From assembly GCF_036321535.1 (NCBI RefSeq), contig NC_087437.1:122018001-122082000 (forward strand): DNA of 64,000 nucleotides. The letters run 5' to 3'. The DNA is from Camelus dromedarius. Lineage: Eukaryota. Below the pieces are notes generated by a model, which was not told the DNA's origin, made no database searches, and saw only the letters and a list, made by a program, of their open reading frames with translations. Positions 13,690 to 26,322 of the stretch are shown in pieces; position 1 is the stretch's first letter, and every line of letters begins with the position of its first letter. The translations under genes and the position numbers were made by a program.

Positions 13690-16020
13690 TGGGTTTCTTT
13701 CGTCTCTTCCATCCGCACTTTGTGGTTCTCAGCACGGAGGCCCTGCGCATTCTGTTAGGTCTGCTCCCACGGCTTTCCTGTCGGCGTTGCGGAGGTTGCT
13801 TTTGTCTTCTCCCTCCTGCTCCGGGCACCTCTCCGCTCCCTCCCCGCCGCTCCGCGGGGGAGCTCCAGGCCAGCGCTGAGTAGTGGCGGTGGGGGCGACC
13901 CCCGCCTGCTTCTGCCTCCTGAGGGGAGGGGCTCGAGCTGTGTGGAGGGCCGATGGGGGTCTTTCTGTAGCTGCCCCTTACCAGGCTTAAGAAGTCCTCT
14001 TCTGTCCCTGGGTTTCTCCTGAGAGCTTTCCCCTGAGCGGGTGTTGGGTTTTGTCGGTGCCTCTCTGTGCGTCAGTGTGACCGTGCGATGTTTGCTCTTC
14101 AGTCTGTGGAAGGGACTGATTACATGCGATGATTTTTGACTGCCAGCCTTGCATCACTGGGAGAGTGGACAGTGTATAATTCTTACCATATAGCAAAGGA
14201 TTCGATTTGCTAATGTTTTTAAAGGGTTTTTGCACCAATATTCTTGAGGGCAGTTTTTTATTCTCTTCTGTACCATCTTTTGTACTGATTTTTGTATCAA
14301 GCGAATACTAGTTTCATAAAATGAATTGGAAACTGTTTCTCTTACTTACAGTTTTTGGAGGAGATTAGAACTGGTATTAATTCTTCTTAAAACTGTTGGT
14401 AGACTTCTCCAGCGAAACCATCTGAGTCTGGGGGAAGCCATTGTTTTGGAGGACTTTTAAAATTATGAATTCAGTTTCCTTAACAGCTCTGAAGGGCTGT
14501 TGGAATCACCAGCTTCGCATTGGGTAGGTTGTGGTGCTTTGTCTTTTCAAGGAGCAGGTCCGTCTGTGGGAGTCGGTGCGTTTGTGCAGAGCTGTGCTCA
14601 GCGTCTCCTTCTCGCCGCTTGGCGGACACAGCGCTCAGCGGTGCTGCCGTTTCGTTCCTTCTGTTGCTTTTTGTTCTTCTTCTCTCTTTGTCAGTCCTGC
14701 AAGGGGTTTGTCAGCTTCATTGATCTTTCCAAAGAATCAGCTCTTTATTCCATTGATTTTTCTCTAGTTTTTCTATTTCCAATTTTAATTATGTTTTTAT
14801 TTCCTTCCTTCTGTTTGCTTGGATTTATTTTGTTCCTCTTTTTCCAGATTCTCTTTCTCCTTCCTAATATATGTATTTTGTGCTACAAACGTCCCTCTAT
14901 GCACTGCGTTAGTGGTGTCCCAAATTTGTATTTTAATTTTTGTTCAGGTTAATGTATTTGTTATGACCCTTGAGATTTTGTCTTTGACCAGAGGATTGTT
15001 TAAATGGGTGTTTTAGTTTCCAAGTGCTTGGAGATTTTTCTGTTATTTCTGTTATTATTTCCAGTTTGGTTCATTAGTGGTCAGAGAACACGTGTGATTT
15101 CGATTGTGTTAAATGTGCTGAGTCTTGTTTTATGGCCGAGGATGCGGCCTGCACTGGTGTCTGTCTCGGGGGTGCTTGAGAGGAAGGGGGCTTCTGCTGA
15201 CGCCAGAGGTGCTCTGAGTGCTGACGAGGCCCCGGTGACTGACGGGCGGTGGCTCCTTCTGTGTCCCGCCGGCTTTCCGTCTGGCTGTCCATCCCGTTGC
15301 TGAGACGGGCGCTGAAGGCTTCAGCTGAGACTGGATTTGCACACTTCCCCTTTCAGCCCTGTGCATTTGTGCTTCACCTGTTTTGCTGTCCAGTGTCTGA
15401 GTCACACACTCCCAGGCTTGCTCTTGCTTCCTCATGGACTGTCACCATGGTACGGTGTCCCTCTCCGCCTTCGCTCACTGTCCCTGCTCTGAAGCCAGCC
15501 CCACCTGATACTAAGGCAGCCGCTCCCGTGCTCTTCCCATCAGTGGTCGCACGAAACAGCTTTTCCCATGAGTTCATCTTCAGTCTGCTCACATCTTTCT
15601 GCTTGAAGTGTTTCCTGTCGACAGCGTATGGTTGAGCCATTTTTCCTAACCCACTCTGCCAGTCTCTGTTCTTTAATCGGTGGATTTAGACTGTTTACCT
15701 TTAATGTAATTAGTTGAGATGTTAGGACTTAAGTTTGCTATTTCATCTTTTTTCTTTTTTTTTTTTTTTCATTTTCATATTCTTTTTCACTGTAGGTTGC
15801 TACAAGATACTGAATCTAGTTCCCTGTGCTGTACAGTAGGAACTTGTATCATGTTTTGTTTTCTGTTTGTTCTCCTTGTGTTTTGTTTCTCTGTTCTTAT
15901 TTCCTGCCTTCCTGTGTGTTACTCAACATTTTTTATAATTCCATTGTGATTTATTGACAGTGCTTTTGAGTTACCCTTTGTGTAACTTTTCAGTGGCTGC
16001 CCAGGTATCACATCACATGT
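13690..16020 (-). mobile_element. Antisense L1 ORF2 remnant, with a short younger L1 3'-end insert at about 15745-15850
   Basis: T-rich L1 antisense phrases (ggattcgatttgctaat, tcataaaatgaattgga); poly-T followed by tagttccctgtgctgtacagtagg. Confidence 0.75.
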
Positions 16021-16661
16021 AACATGATTCGGCTGGTGGAAGGAGGCGTGGCCTCCAGGTCCTCACCCATCACCTCCCAGTCTGCCCACCCGCTCACTGC
16101 GTCCTCCCGAGTCCTTCACAGACAAAACATGCGGACCCTGGGTTGTGTGGCTGCATGGGTCCTACTACTGGCAGCCTCCCAGAATTGCTAACGGGCGGAG
16201 AGGGGAAGAGTTGGGGTGGGAATAGGACCAGTGGTTCCCAAACATGGCTTTGCTCAAGAGGAGTCTGGAAAACCTTAAAATGCAGCTTCTAGGACCACCT
16301 GGGTCCTAAATCAGGCCCTGGGAGGCGGCACACAACACCACAGTGACTTCTGCGCTGAGGCCTCTGTGCTCTGTCTCCGCAGTAAGGCCAGGTGAGCACT
16401 GGGACACCAGTGGGCAGGTCTCCTTTCCCAGACTTGAATCTCGCCTCTGCACCACCCTCCTGGGGGTTCTGGGAGTTGGGGCGACAGTCCTTCTTGGAGA
16501 CCCCCGGGAGTGCTCGCAGCCCCCAAGTGTTGCTGCTGGAGGCCCCTCCTGGCCTGGGACTGACTCCCAGAGGGCTCCCCACAGGCAGGGGTTCCCACCT
16601 GAGCCCTGCTCTGGGGGCCCACCTTCCTCCTGATCCTCACTCCCGAATCACCATGAGGATT

Positions 16662-16809
16662 TCTTTTTTTGTTTTTTTGCTTGAGTCCTTCCTTTTATTT
16701 TTAAGTTTTGCTATTTTGAGGGGAGATAATAAGGTTTTTTGTTTATTCACTCGTTTATTGGAGGTACTGGGTCTTGAACCCAAGCATTCTACCAACTGAG
16801 CTACACCCT
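16662..16809 (-). mobile_element. tRNA-derived SINE (camelid type), internally shortened, with target-site duplication
   Basis: Reverse strand reads gagggtgtagctcagttggtagaatgcttgggttcaagacccagtacctcc plus an A-rich tail; flanked by ccatgaggatt (16651) and ccacgaggatt (16810). Confidence 0.85.
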
Positions 16810-17289
16810 CCACGAGGATTGCTCAGCAGGCCGGTGCCTCCCTCGGGAAGAATGCTGTTCATGTCCCTTTGTAGGCCAGCACGGCACCTGGAGCTTAGTG
16901 ACTGCCAAGGAAACGTTTGTTTAGTTAACAAACAAAGCTGTTAATTACCAGCCACGCAGGAGGCTGCTCATTTCAACCTGCCTCTTGCCTTTGTGTGTTC
17001 CCAGGGGGAAGAGCAGGAGGGGTGCCCAGCACTGGCTCTGGCCCTGGGCTGTGATGCCCTGTCTCCTGGGCCACATGCGCTGGTGTCCCTGGAGGGGGCC
17101 GTCAGGAGGCACCTGTGGACGCTGACTTCTGACCTCCTCCGTGACTTCTGAGTGAAATGTAATAAATGTGTTTTATACACGTGATGATTATAAAGTTCGT
17201 GTGTCAAATAGCCCTTATTTTGCTTCCTGAATGTACCTTCCTGGGCTGTTTCATCCCTGGACAGATGGTAAAAATAGGAAAGAGACTGT

Positions 17290-18220
17290 GGAATGACAGA
17301 CGTACATCAGCTGCGTCAGCAGCCACTGTCGAGGGTCTGAACCCCCCCTGGTTAAGGGGCAGAGGTTGTCAAATAAGATAAAAAAAGCAAGGTCCAGCTA
17401 TATGTTGCCTGCAAGCAACTCACTTTGAATATGAAGACATAACTAAGTTAAAAATAAAAGGTGAAAGAAGATACGCCATGCCAGCACTGGTCAGTAGGAG
17501 TCTGGGTGTCTGCCAACACTGGTCAGTAAAGTAAATTTCAGAGCCAAGAGTGTCACCAGAGGCAGAGTGATCCTTGGTGATAACAGGGGTCCGTTCACCA
17601 ACAGGACACAGCAGTGCTACATGTGGTGCTCATAATGCAGCTCCAAGTCACGAAGCAGAACACGACAGAGCCGCAGGGGAGGCAGACCAATCCACCGCCA
17701 CAGGCGGGGATGTCAGCACCCCACTCAGCACTTGACAGTAACTAGATGGAGAGCGTGAGCCTGCAGAACACTGGTCCGGGGCACCAGCCAACGCGCTCAG
17801 CTGGCGTGTGGACCGCTCCCCTCAGCCACATAAGACGGACCCCGGTCCGGCCCGTCAGCAAGTCTCAATAAAGTTAAAACAGCCCAAGTATCACAAAGTG
17901 TGTTCTCTAACTATAATGGAATTAAATTCGAGCTCAACAAAAGACAGCTAGTATCTAGAAAATCTCCAAATATTTGAAACCCAGTAACACTCTTTGAAAT
18001 ATCACATGAATTAAAAAAGAAGACATGAGAAATTTGGGAGCATTTTGGAACGAGCAGTGGGGAGGGGGTGCAAATGTAAACATCTGTGGGGTGAGGCTAA
18101 AGCCGTGTGAAGAGAGACATGTATAAAAGTAAATGACAGTATTAGACAAAAAGTAAGATTTTAAGTCCACGCCACCAACTTCTTCTTGAAGACCCTGGAA
18201 AAGAGGAACTGAGCCCTGCC
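17290..18220 (+). mobile_element. L1 ORF2 endonuclease-region remnant
   Basis: Segments tatatgttgcctgcaag, caagtctcaataaag, ttctctaactataatggaattaaa. Confidence 0.75.
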
Positions 18221-19727
18221 CCGAGTGTCAGGATTTGCCAGCAGGCTGGCAGGTGGGTCAGAGAAGGGTCATTGTGCCCAGGCTCGGGCTGAGCAGGACA
18301 TGGAGACGGTGGCCTGGCTCCTGGGAGACGGGTGCGGGGGAGGGCTGCATGGGTGGCACCGGGGCATCTGTCGGAGGTCAGGGCACCCCGGGAGTGGGGC
18401 GGGTGTGGTCTGGCCTCAGGCGTATCTGTGGACGGTGTCAGCTCAAAGCAGCGTTTAAACCACGGACTGGACGGACGTCCCTGGGTGAGAAGGGGCCCTG
18501 CCAGTCTCCTTGAGTGAATTAAAGTACACTGAACCCCGGCACTGAGGAGGACGGGGGGAGGGGCCTCGCCAGCCACGGAGGTCTGCCGGTTTCTGAAACA
18601 CCGAGTGTGGGGGGAGTGAGTCACGGAAAGAGGTCTTCCCTGGTGGACTGGCCGTCCGACCGGGTTTAGGGTGGCTATGCCCACGGGAGTGTGTCCCCTG
18701 CTTCCTGCCGGGCACCCCGAATGGCCCTCGGGTGGGAGCAAGGCCGGGCACGCTAGGGGTTGCCTCTGATGAGAGTGTCCCAGGGCCTGGCAGGGCAGCC
18801 TGAGCCCCATGGTCCTGGGGAAGCCGCCCAGCCGGGGTGACCTTCACGCTGCGGGGACTGCTCCTTCCCACCGGCCTACCGCGGGCCGGTTCCGCTCACC
18901 CCCGGCCGCCGAGGAGGGCAGGCGCAGCTGCTCACCGGCCTGTGTGACTGATGGCAGTTGACAGCCCGGAGCCCGAAGCACCCCTGGCTCTCGCTGACCC
19001 ACTTTCTCTACCGTGGGCTGGACGCATTTACATAGCAGATGGCCACAGGGCCCTGCTGTCCCTCTGACACTGGAGGAGAGGCTTCTGATTAAGGAGGCAG
19101 GGCGCCCCAGCCTGGCCACCGCGTGGCCGGTTTATCTGTGCTGGTAACTCAGCCTTCCCACGCACTCCAAGCTTAGAAGGGCCCTGCCGGTTGCCGCGGG
19201 GGGGCTGCGGGGAGGAGCACTAGCGCCCCCCTCCTTTCTGGGGTCTTTGTTTGCGACGCTGTGCTCACCACCCAGCCTGCGGACCGCGCCGTCCCTCAGA
19301 GCCTGCGGGGCCCGAGACGTTCGCTCTGCCCTTCAGCACTGAACACGCGATCGTGGAGGTTTTATTTCAAACAGAAAGAATGCGAGGGGCTGGTGGCTGC
19401 TGTCCTGGCCCATCAGTGCGTGAGGAGGCGTTTCTTCAACGCTCTTTGCCGTGAATTACACCTTTAGGCTAAATCCTGGTTGTTCGAAAGTGCTGTTTTA
19501 CCACGAATAGTTAGAAGTAATAGTCTGAGTTTGCTGAAGCTGCCTGTGAATACGCCAGCGCGAACGGCCAGTCGTCGGTGCCTGGGGAAGCGGCTCCGTG
19601 GCCGGGCTCTTGGTTCGGGTCCGCCAGCATCCGTGGCTGCTCCGTGCAGGGCTCTCCCGACTCGCGTCGCCCGGCTGACGGGAAGGTGCTTTGTTTCTGT
19701 GTTTGCCTTTTAACATATCTTCAACAG

Positions 19728-19845
19728 GGATATTTTGAAGAGGATAAAAACAAGTTTTTGCCCAAGAAACCTACAAGGTTAAAGGAAAGTCTGCTTCTTT
19801 ACCCTGTAGTCTCTCCCATGTGGCCTGAGCCTCCTATCTCTACAG
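19728..19845 (+). other. Candidate upstream PCBP3 exon (118 nt) GYFEEDKNKF...MWPEPPIST(G)
   Basis: Acceptor tttgccttttaacatatcttcaacag, donor CAG|gttaga; ends in phase 1, in frame with exon 21166. Confidence 0.55.
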
Positions 19846-21165
19846 GTTAGATCAAAGGCCAGGGTCCAGACGCCCCGTGTGCTTGGGGGGTGCCTGGGGG
19901 TCCCAGGACTTCTGCTCCTGCAGGGATCCGGCAGCCGAGCGGGCGGTGGGCCTTTCAGTCAGCAAGGGGCTAAGTGAGACTGTGTGCAGAGCAGGGCCGG
20001 CCCCTGGCTCCACTCCAGGCTTCCAAGGCCCTGTCTGCCATCGTCCCCACATCTCTGCCCATCTCAGGTAGACACCTGGGCAGGTGCATGTGTCTCCTCC
20101 CACGGCCGCTTCCTGGCCCCTCGTGGACCCCCTGGGCCCTGGACCTGGGCCGGTCATCCGGAACCGTGCCACAGCCAGGCCTTCCCTCCCCTCAGTCCCC
20201 CAAGCAGCACTTTGCTGTCATAACTGTGTGGCCACTCTCGGCTGCAGCTGTCCCTTGGTGAGACTGGCCCCGGGCGGGCAGCTGTGCAGCTCCATCCGTG
20301 CATCACGCAGACACGGGCACAGACTCCCCAGAGAGGCCCCCACCCCCACCTCATGACCCGTCTCCAGGTGCAGCTTTGCCGTCTGCTCACCGAGTCCTCC
20401 CTGGCCTCCCTGCTTCGTCTCGTCTTGCGTGGCCATGCTGCACACCGCCACGGGTGACTTGTCCCTCGGCCTGGACCCCGTACGGACTGCTCGGCTCTGT
20501 CCTCGGCTCAGTCAGGCCCAGACCCCACGTGCACGGCACCCTTTCTCCGTCGCCTGTAAAGCAGAGCCTAAATTTTGCCTGGTGGGCCAAGTGTTGGACA
20601 GATTGCAGAAATTATACCATAAACAGGCCAGTGATGGGGTACTTAAGGGTTTTCCAAAAACTTTGTAAAGTTGTCTGGCCATTCAGTGAACAGAGACAAA
20701 GTCCACTTCAGCAGTGAGGTTGGCTAAGGAATCTGGGCTCCAGACACAAAGGGAGCTCCAGCGCCTGTAACTGCTTGGCTTTTTAAGGGCGGAGGGGGGA
20801 TTCTTGTGCAGACGTGGTGGGAAATGGGCAGAACTCACGTAATAGCTGCGCAGACGCTCTCTAGACGCACCGGGGCCCCCAGGCCTGCCAGGTCACCCCG
20901 AGAGAGCTGTTCCGGTTCCCTCATCACAGAGGTGACGCTGAGGCCCGAGGGGTTGAGGACCTGCCCAGGCCACGAGGTGGGGCCCAATCACTCCCTGGCA
21001 GGCTTGCCCTGGGCTTGCTCCCCTGCTGTGCGCCCAGGGCCCCCAGGTGCCGCCCCTGCCTTATGCTGCCCGGGCGCTGGGACGCCTCTGCCCCCCGGGC
21101 CTCCTCCCGTCACCAGCGGCAGTGCTGACGTGCCGCCGGACACCTGACACGTGCCTCTCTTGCAG

Positions 21166-21320
21166 GTGACACTGTCTGGGCCCCATCTGTCCTTCCTCAC
21201 GGCACCCTCGGCACCTTGAGCCGCCACCCCCAGCTGCATTTTGGAAGAAAGATGGAGTCCAAGGTCTCAGAAGGTGGCCTGAACGTGACGCTGACAATCC
21301 GCCTGCTGATGCACGGAAAG
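21166..21320 (+). CDS. PCBP3: PCBP3 coding exon, 155 nt: (G)DTVWAPSVLPHGTLGTLSRHPQLHFGRK-MESKV...MHGK; ATG at 21252
   Basis: Acceptor ctctcttgcag, donor AAG|gtacag. Strong Kozak context aagATGg. The frame is open upstream of the ATG and resembles the N-terminus of the long PCBP3 isoform. Confidence 0.95.
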
Positions 21321-21359
21321 GTACAGGCCGCGGTGGTGTGGGGGGCGTGCCCACCGCGG

Positions 21360-23010
21360 GGCCTGTTTTGTATTAGGTTTTTTAAATTCTAAGCACTCTC
21401 AGCTCACAAAGCGGCTGCAGTACCGTCCAGGTGACGCTGCTCCAGAACCTTTCGAGCTCGAGCCAGCCGCCTGCTGCCCCATCACCTGCTCCCATGGACG
21501 CGGGAGTCTCCTCCAGACCCTGGCCACCCCCTGGTCAGGCTGTGTTCCGGCTCCCAGCCTGGGACCCTCTCAAGTCCACGGGTCATCCCAGTGCCACCCT
21601 CCAAACAGGACGCTCCCCGGCCTGCCTTTCACTGTCACTGTTGGAAGCTTCCAGCCGGTTCTTTTGTAGAAAGGATGCCCCTCACTCTGGCTCTTTCTGA
21701 CGTTCCCTCACGCCGCAGGAGTGTCGCAGGAGCTTGCCTGTCAGGTGGCCCAGACGTCAGGGTGTCACTTGGTTGGGGGCGCCTGCCAGGCGTCCCCCTG
21801 CTCGTCTTCACAGTCATTAGGGAGTGGCTGCTGGCGGGCACCCAGGGGCTGCGTGAACGTCCCCTCGCGGTCAGTCCTGACTTCTGGCCGCGGGATTTGC
21901 TGCTTGCTGCTCCTATTACTCCCTGCGTGTCCCCGTAACCCCCCGTGTGTGTCCCTGCACCCCCCTGCATGTCCCCACCCCCCCTGCATGTCCCCATACT
22001 GCCTGTGTGTCCCCGCACCCCCCCACGTGTCCCCTTGCCCCCATGTGTCCCCGCACCCCCCTATGTCCCCGCACCCCCACGTTTCCCCAAGCCCCCCACA
22101 TGTCCCTGCACCCCCCTACGTGTTCCCGTGCCGCCCACGTGTCCCCGCACCCCCCCGTGTCCCTGCATCCCCACCACGTGTCCCTGTGCCCCCCTGTCCC
22201 CGTCCCCCACGTGTCCCTGTGCCCCACATGTCCCCTTGCCCCCACGTGTCCCCTCACCCTCCCACTTGTCCCTGCATCCCCCCATGTGTCTCCTTGCCCC
22301 CCGTGTCCCCACACCTGCCCCATGCCCCTGCACCCCCCGCGTGTCCCCTTGCCCCCGTGTCCCCGCACCCCCCCACCCCCCCACGTGTCCCTGTGCCCCC
22401 CACATGTCCCCTTGCCCCCACGTGTCCCCTTGCCCCCACATGTCCCCTTGCCCCTGCGTGTCCCCTCACCCACCCACGTGTCCCCTCACCCTCCTACGTG
22501 TCCCTGTGCCCCCCACGTGTCCCTTGCCCCCCGTGTCCCCGCACCCGCCCTGTGCCCCTGCACCCCCGCTGTTTATTCTGGTGCCCTTGCTGCCCCTTGG
22601 GGGCCGTGGCAACCCCGCCAGGCTGCCTGTGTGCTTTTGGGGGGACCCGTCCTCCTGACTGCGCTCCCCCGCTGTCTGGCACAAAATGCTGCTCAGCCCT
22701 CGTCTTCACTGTCCTTCTGGTCCTGGAGTCAGCCATTTCTCCAGAAAGCTGTGACTCCCTTGAGTGGAGGGTGGTGGGCTGTGTTAGACGGCCAGGTGGG
22801 GTGCATGGGGTGCTCATTGCCCTCAGGCTGCCGCGGGTCCCAGATGGAGCTGGGGAATATGTGTCCTTACGTGCGTGTGTGCTTATGTGGAATCACTGAT
22901 CTGTGTGCACGTGTCTGTGCAGGATTCATTTCGACATTTATCTCTATATTGGGCCCCATGAGTTCACACCCAAGTTCCAGCGCAACAGTGCAGGGTCCGT
23001 CCTTGGTCTT
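21360..23010 (-). mobile_element. L1MC-like 3' UTR relic interrupted by the C-rich minisatellite
   Basis: agtcagccatttctccagaaag...ggtgctcattgcc resembles the L1MC4/5 3' region. Confidence 0.55.
21921..22570. repeat. C-rich minisatellite, unit about 17-20 bp (cccccacgtgtccccttg-like), roughly 35 degenerate copies
   Basis: Periodicity visible directly; produces Pro-rich pseudo-ORFs on + and Gly-rich ones on -. Confidence 0.95.
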
Positions 23011-23736
23011 CTGTCCGCCCCGTGCTTGTGCCGCGAGAAGCCCGGGGCTGGCGGGGGCTCTGGCCTGATGCGCAGGCGCCACTCTTCCTGGGAGGCGCCC
23101 TGACTGCCGGCGGGGGTGGGGGTGGCCACTGCCCTGTGCCCAGCTGCCCTCTGCTGCCACCGGCCCTGCTGCGCGCCGTCCCATGGCCTGGCAGAACCGA
23201 GCCTGCCCCAGGACAGCTGCCATCCCCAAGGACGCGCTGTGGGAAGGAAGTTGGGCTTGAGGGTGAAGGGCGCCCTCTGCAGCTGGGAGCGGGGGGCCCA
23301 GCGCATCCCCACCCCCCGCCCCCCAGTGAGCTGCCTGGGTGGTACCGCAGGGCGGTCCTGCTTTGGAAGCGTGGCGGTGCGTTCAGGACTGTCCTGAATG
23401 TTCTCTGTTTTTTGAAACATCAAGCAGCAGTGGCGGTGCTGAGCTTTTTTACATCACAAAGTCATGGGAGGAGGTTTTATTTTTAATCTGTTGCTTGCAG
23501 CGTTTCCCTGAGGCCTTAAGGTGATGCCTGTTGACATGTTTCTCTGGAAAGCAGCTGGCCACTCCCCTTCCCTTTGTCTGTTGTCTGTCAGTCGCTCGGT
23601 CGGAGGCAGGGCTGCCCCCTCGCCCCGTTCTCCCTTCCACACGCACGACTGGGAGGTGGGGGCTCTCATCGCATCTGTCACAGGTTTTCCTCCTTCTGCT
23701 CTGTGACGTCATCTTTCTGTGATTCTCTTCCTGCAG

Positions 23737-23760
23737 GAAGTTGGAAGCATCATTGGGAAG
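23737..23760 (+). CDS. PCBP3: PCBP3 24-nt exon EVGSIIGK (KH1)
   Basis: Boundaries ttcctgcag|GAAGTT...GGGAAG|gtaatt. Confidence 0.95.
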
Positions 23761-24586
23761 GTAATTATTGCGTGAACTCTGCCCTCGGGGGCTCTGTGGG
23801 GGGCAGTGAGGGCTGCAGTGGCCCTGTGCGCTGGACATGCAGTGAGGACTCCCCCGGAACCCTTATCTCCTCACCTCAGGCTGCACCACCCGAGGCTGGT
23901 CCTGGGGCCCCCGGCTCAGCTGCTCTGAGGGAGCCGGGGAGCAACCCCCAAGGCCGCCCCACCCCCGACTGCCCTGGTGGCTGGTCCTTCCTGGGTTTAA
24001 GAGCCCAGTCAGAATTCTCACTGACATTCTTCAGAGCAGTCTTCCTCCTGTGGCCAGCGAGTGGTAGAGTCCATTCTAAAACGACAGCAACGCCCCCTGG
24101 GCAGCACGGGTGGGCTGGAAGCGCTGCGCCTGGCGGGGGGGGGGGGGGCGAGGCCGCCCGCTGTGCACCCTCACCACGTCTGGCTCTGCTGGTCGTGAGT
24201 GGTCCTTCAACGCCGGGGGTGTCCCCAGAGCTCAAGTCGGCTCCTCTTCACAAGTGCCTCGAGGGGCTGCCCTGGGAGTCAAGCCCGTGGGCCTGGTCCC
24301 CACTTTGCCCATGGTGAGGACAGGAGGGGAGGGGTGGGGGGAGGAGCAGGTGCCCAGGCCAAGCCTAGAGCCACGTCAGGCCTCGGGGCCGGGCCCACTC
24401 ACCCTACAACTCGAACCCTGGGCAAGGCTGTTGGGCAACCTGGTGAGGTTGCGGCCAGGCCTCCAGGCTGCGGGGAGCCACGGCATGTTGGGCACGGAGT
24501 CCCGCCCTCTGAGTGCGCACGAGGCAGCGGGATGAGCTGGGGTGGGAGCCTGCTTGACCTCTGCCTTGTCTGAACCTTTGTTCCAG

Positions 24587-24619
24587 AAAGGAGAGACAGT
24601 GAAGAAGATGCGTGAAGAG
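24587..24619 (+). CDS. PCBP3: PCBP3 33-nt exon KGETVKKMREE (KH1)
   Basis: Boundaries tttgttccag|AAAGGA...GAAGAG|gtgagt. Confidence 0.96.
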
Positions 24620-24763
24620 GTGAGTGGGCATCCCGAATGCGTCTTGTTCTGGGGCCGGTGGGAGAGTCAAGGCCAGGGGCCTCCTGGCGGCTCTGGCCCA
24701 GAGCTGGTGGGCCCGGGTGGCAGGCGAGCTGGGCGCGGCGGGAGGCCTGGCCATCGCTGCTGA

Positions 24764-25391
<628 letters not shown>

Positions 25392-25905
25392 TGAAAGCTG
25401 GATCCCTCCCCACCGACGGTGCCGAAAGCTGGGCGGGCCCGGCCGTCCCTGGCCAGGGCACAGGCCCCTGTCACTGCAGACCCTGCCAGCATGGAGCTTA
25501 CCACAGGGGAGGGACAGCCCACCCATGGAAACCCCCCAACGTGCAGGCATCGTGCCGAGGGGCCAGGGTGCTGGCCCTGACTCCTGGGACACGGTCATGG
25601 GCCCCCAGTCCTGTAGCTCTAGGCCCGGGCTCTGCCCCCAGTGACGGGCCTGCTCTGATGATCAGGCCGGTTTCCTGGGGGAGCACCGTGTCGCCCATTC
25701 GTCTAGTCCAAGGAAAGTCTGGTTCCTTCCCTTTCCCAGAAGAAGGGCGGCCACCCAGTCTTGATTTCTTCAAGGGAAGACAGCCACAGAGTTTAGGATG
25801 CCTGACCAGGGTCCGTCTTTCTCTGACCTAAAACTCCACAGAGAGATAGAATTCCACGTATTTGAAAAAAGTTCTATCTTCTGCAGATGCCTCTGCGCAG
25901 GTTAA

Positions 25906-26322
<417 letters not shown>

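Noticed and set aside
21721..23068. Longest ORFs (392 and 373 aa, Pro/Cys/His-rich)
   Set aside because: They are translations of the C-rich minisatellite, which is open in several frames.
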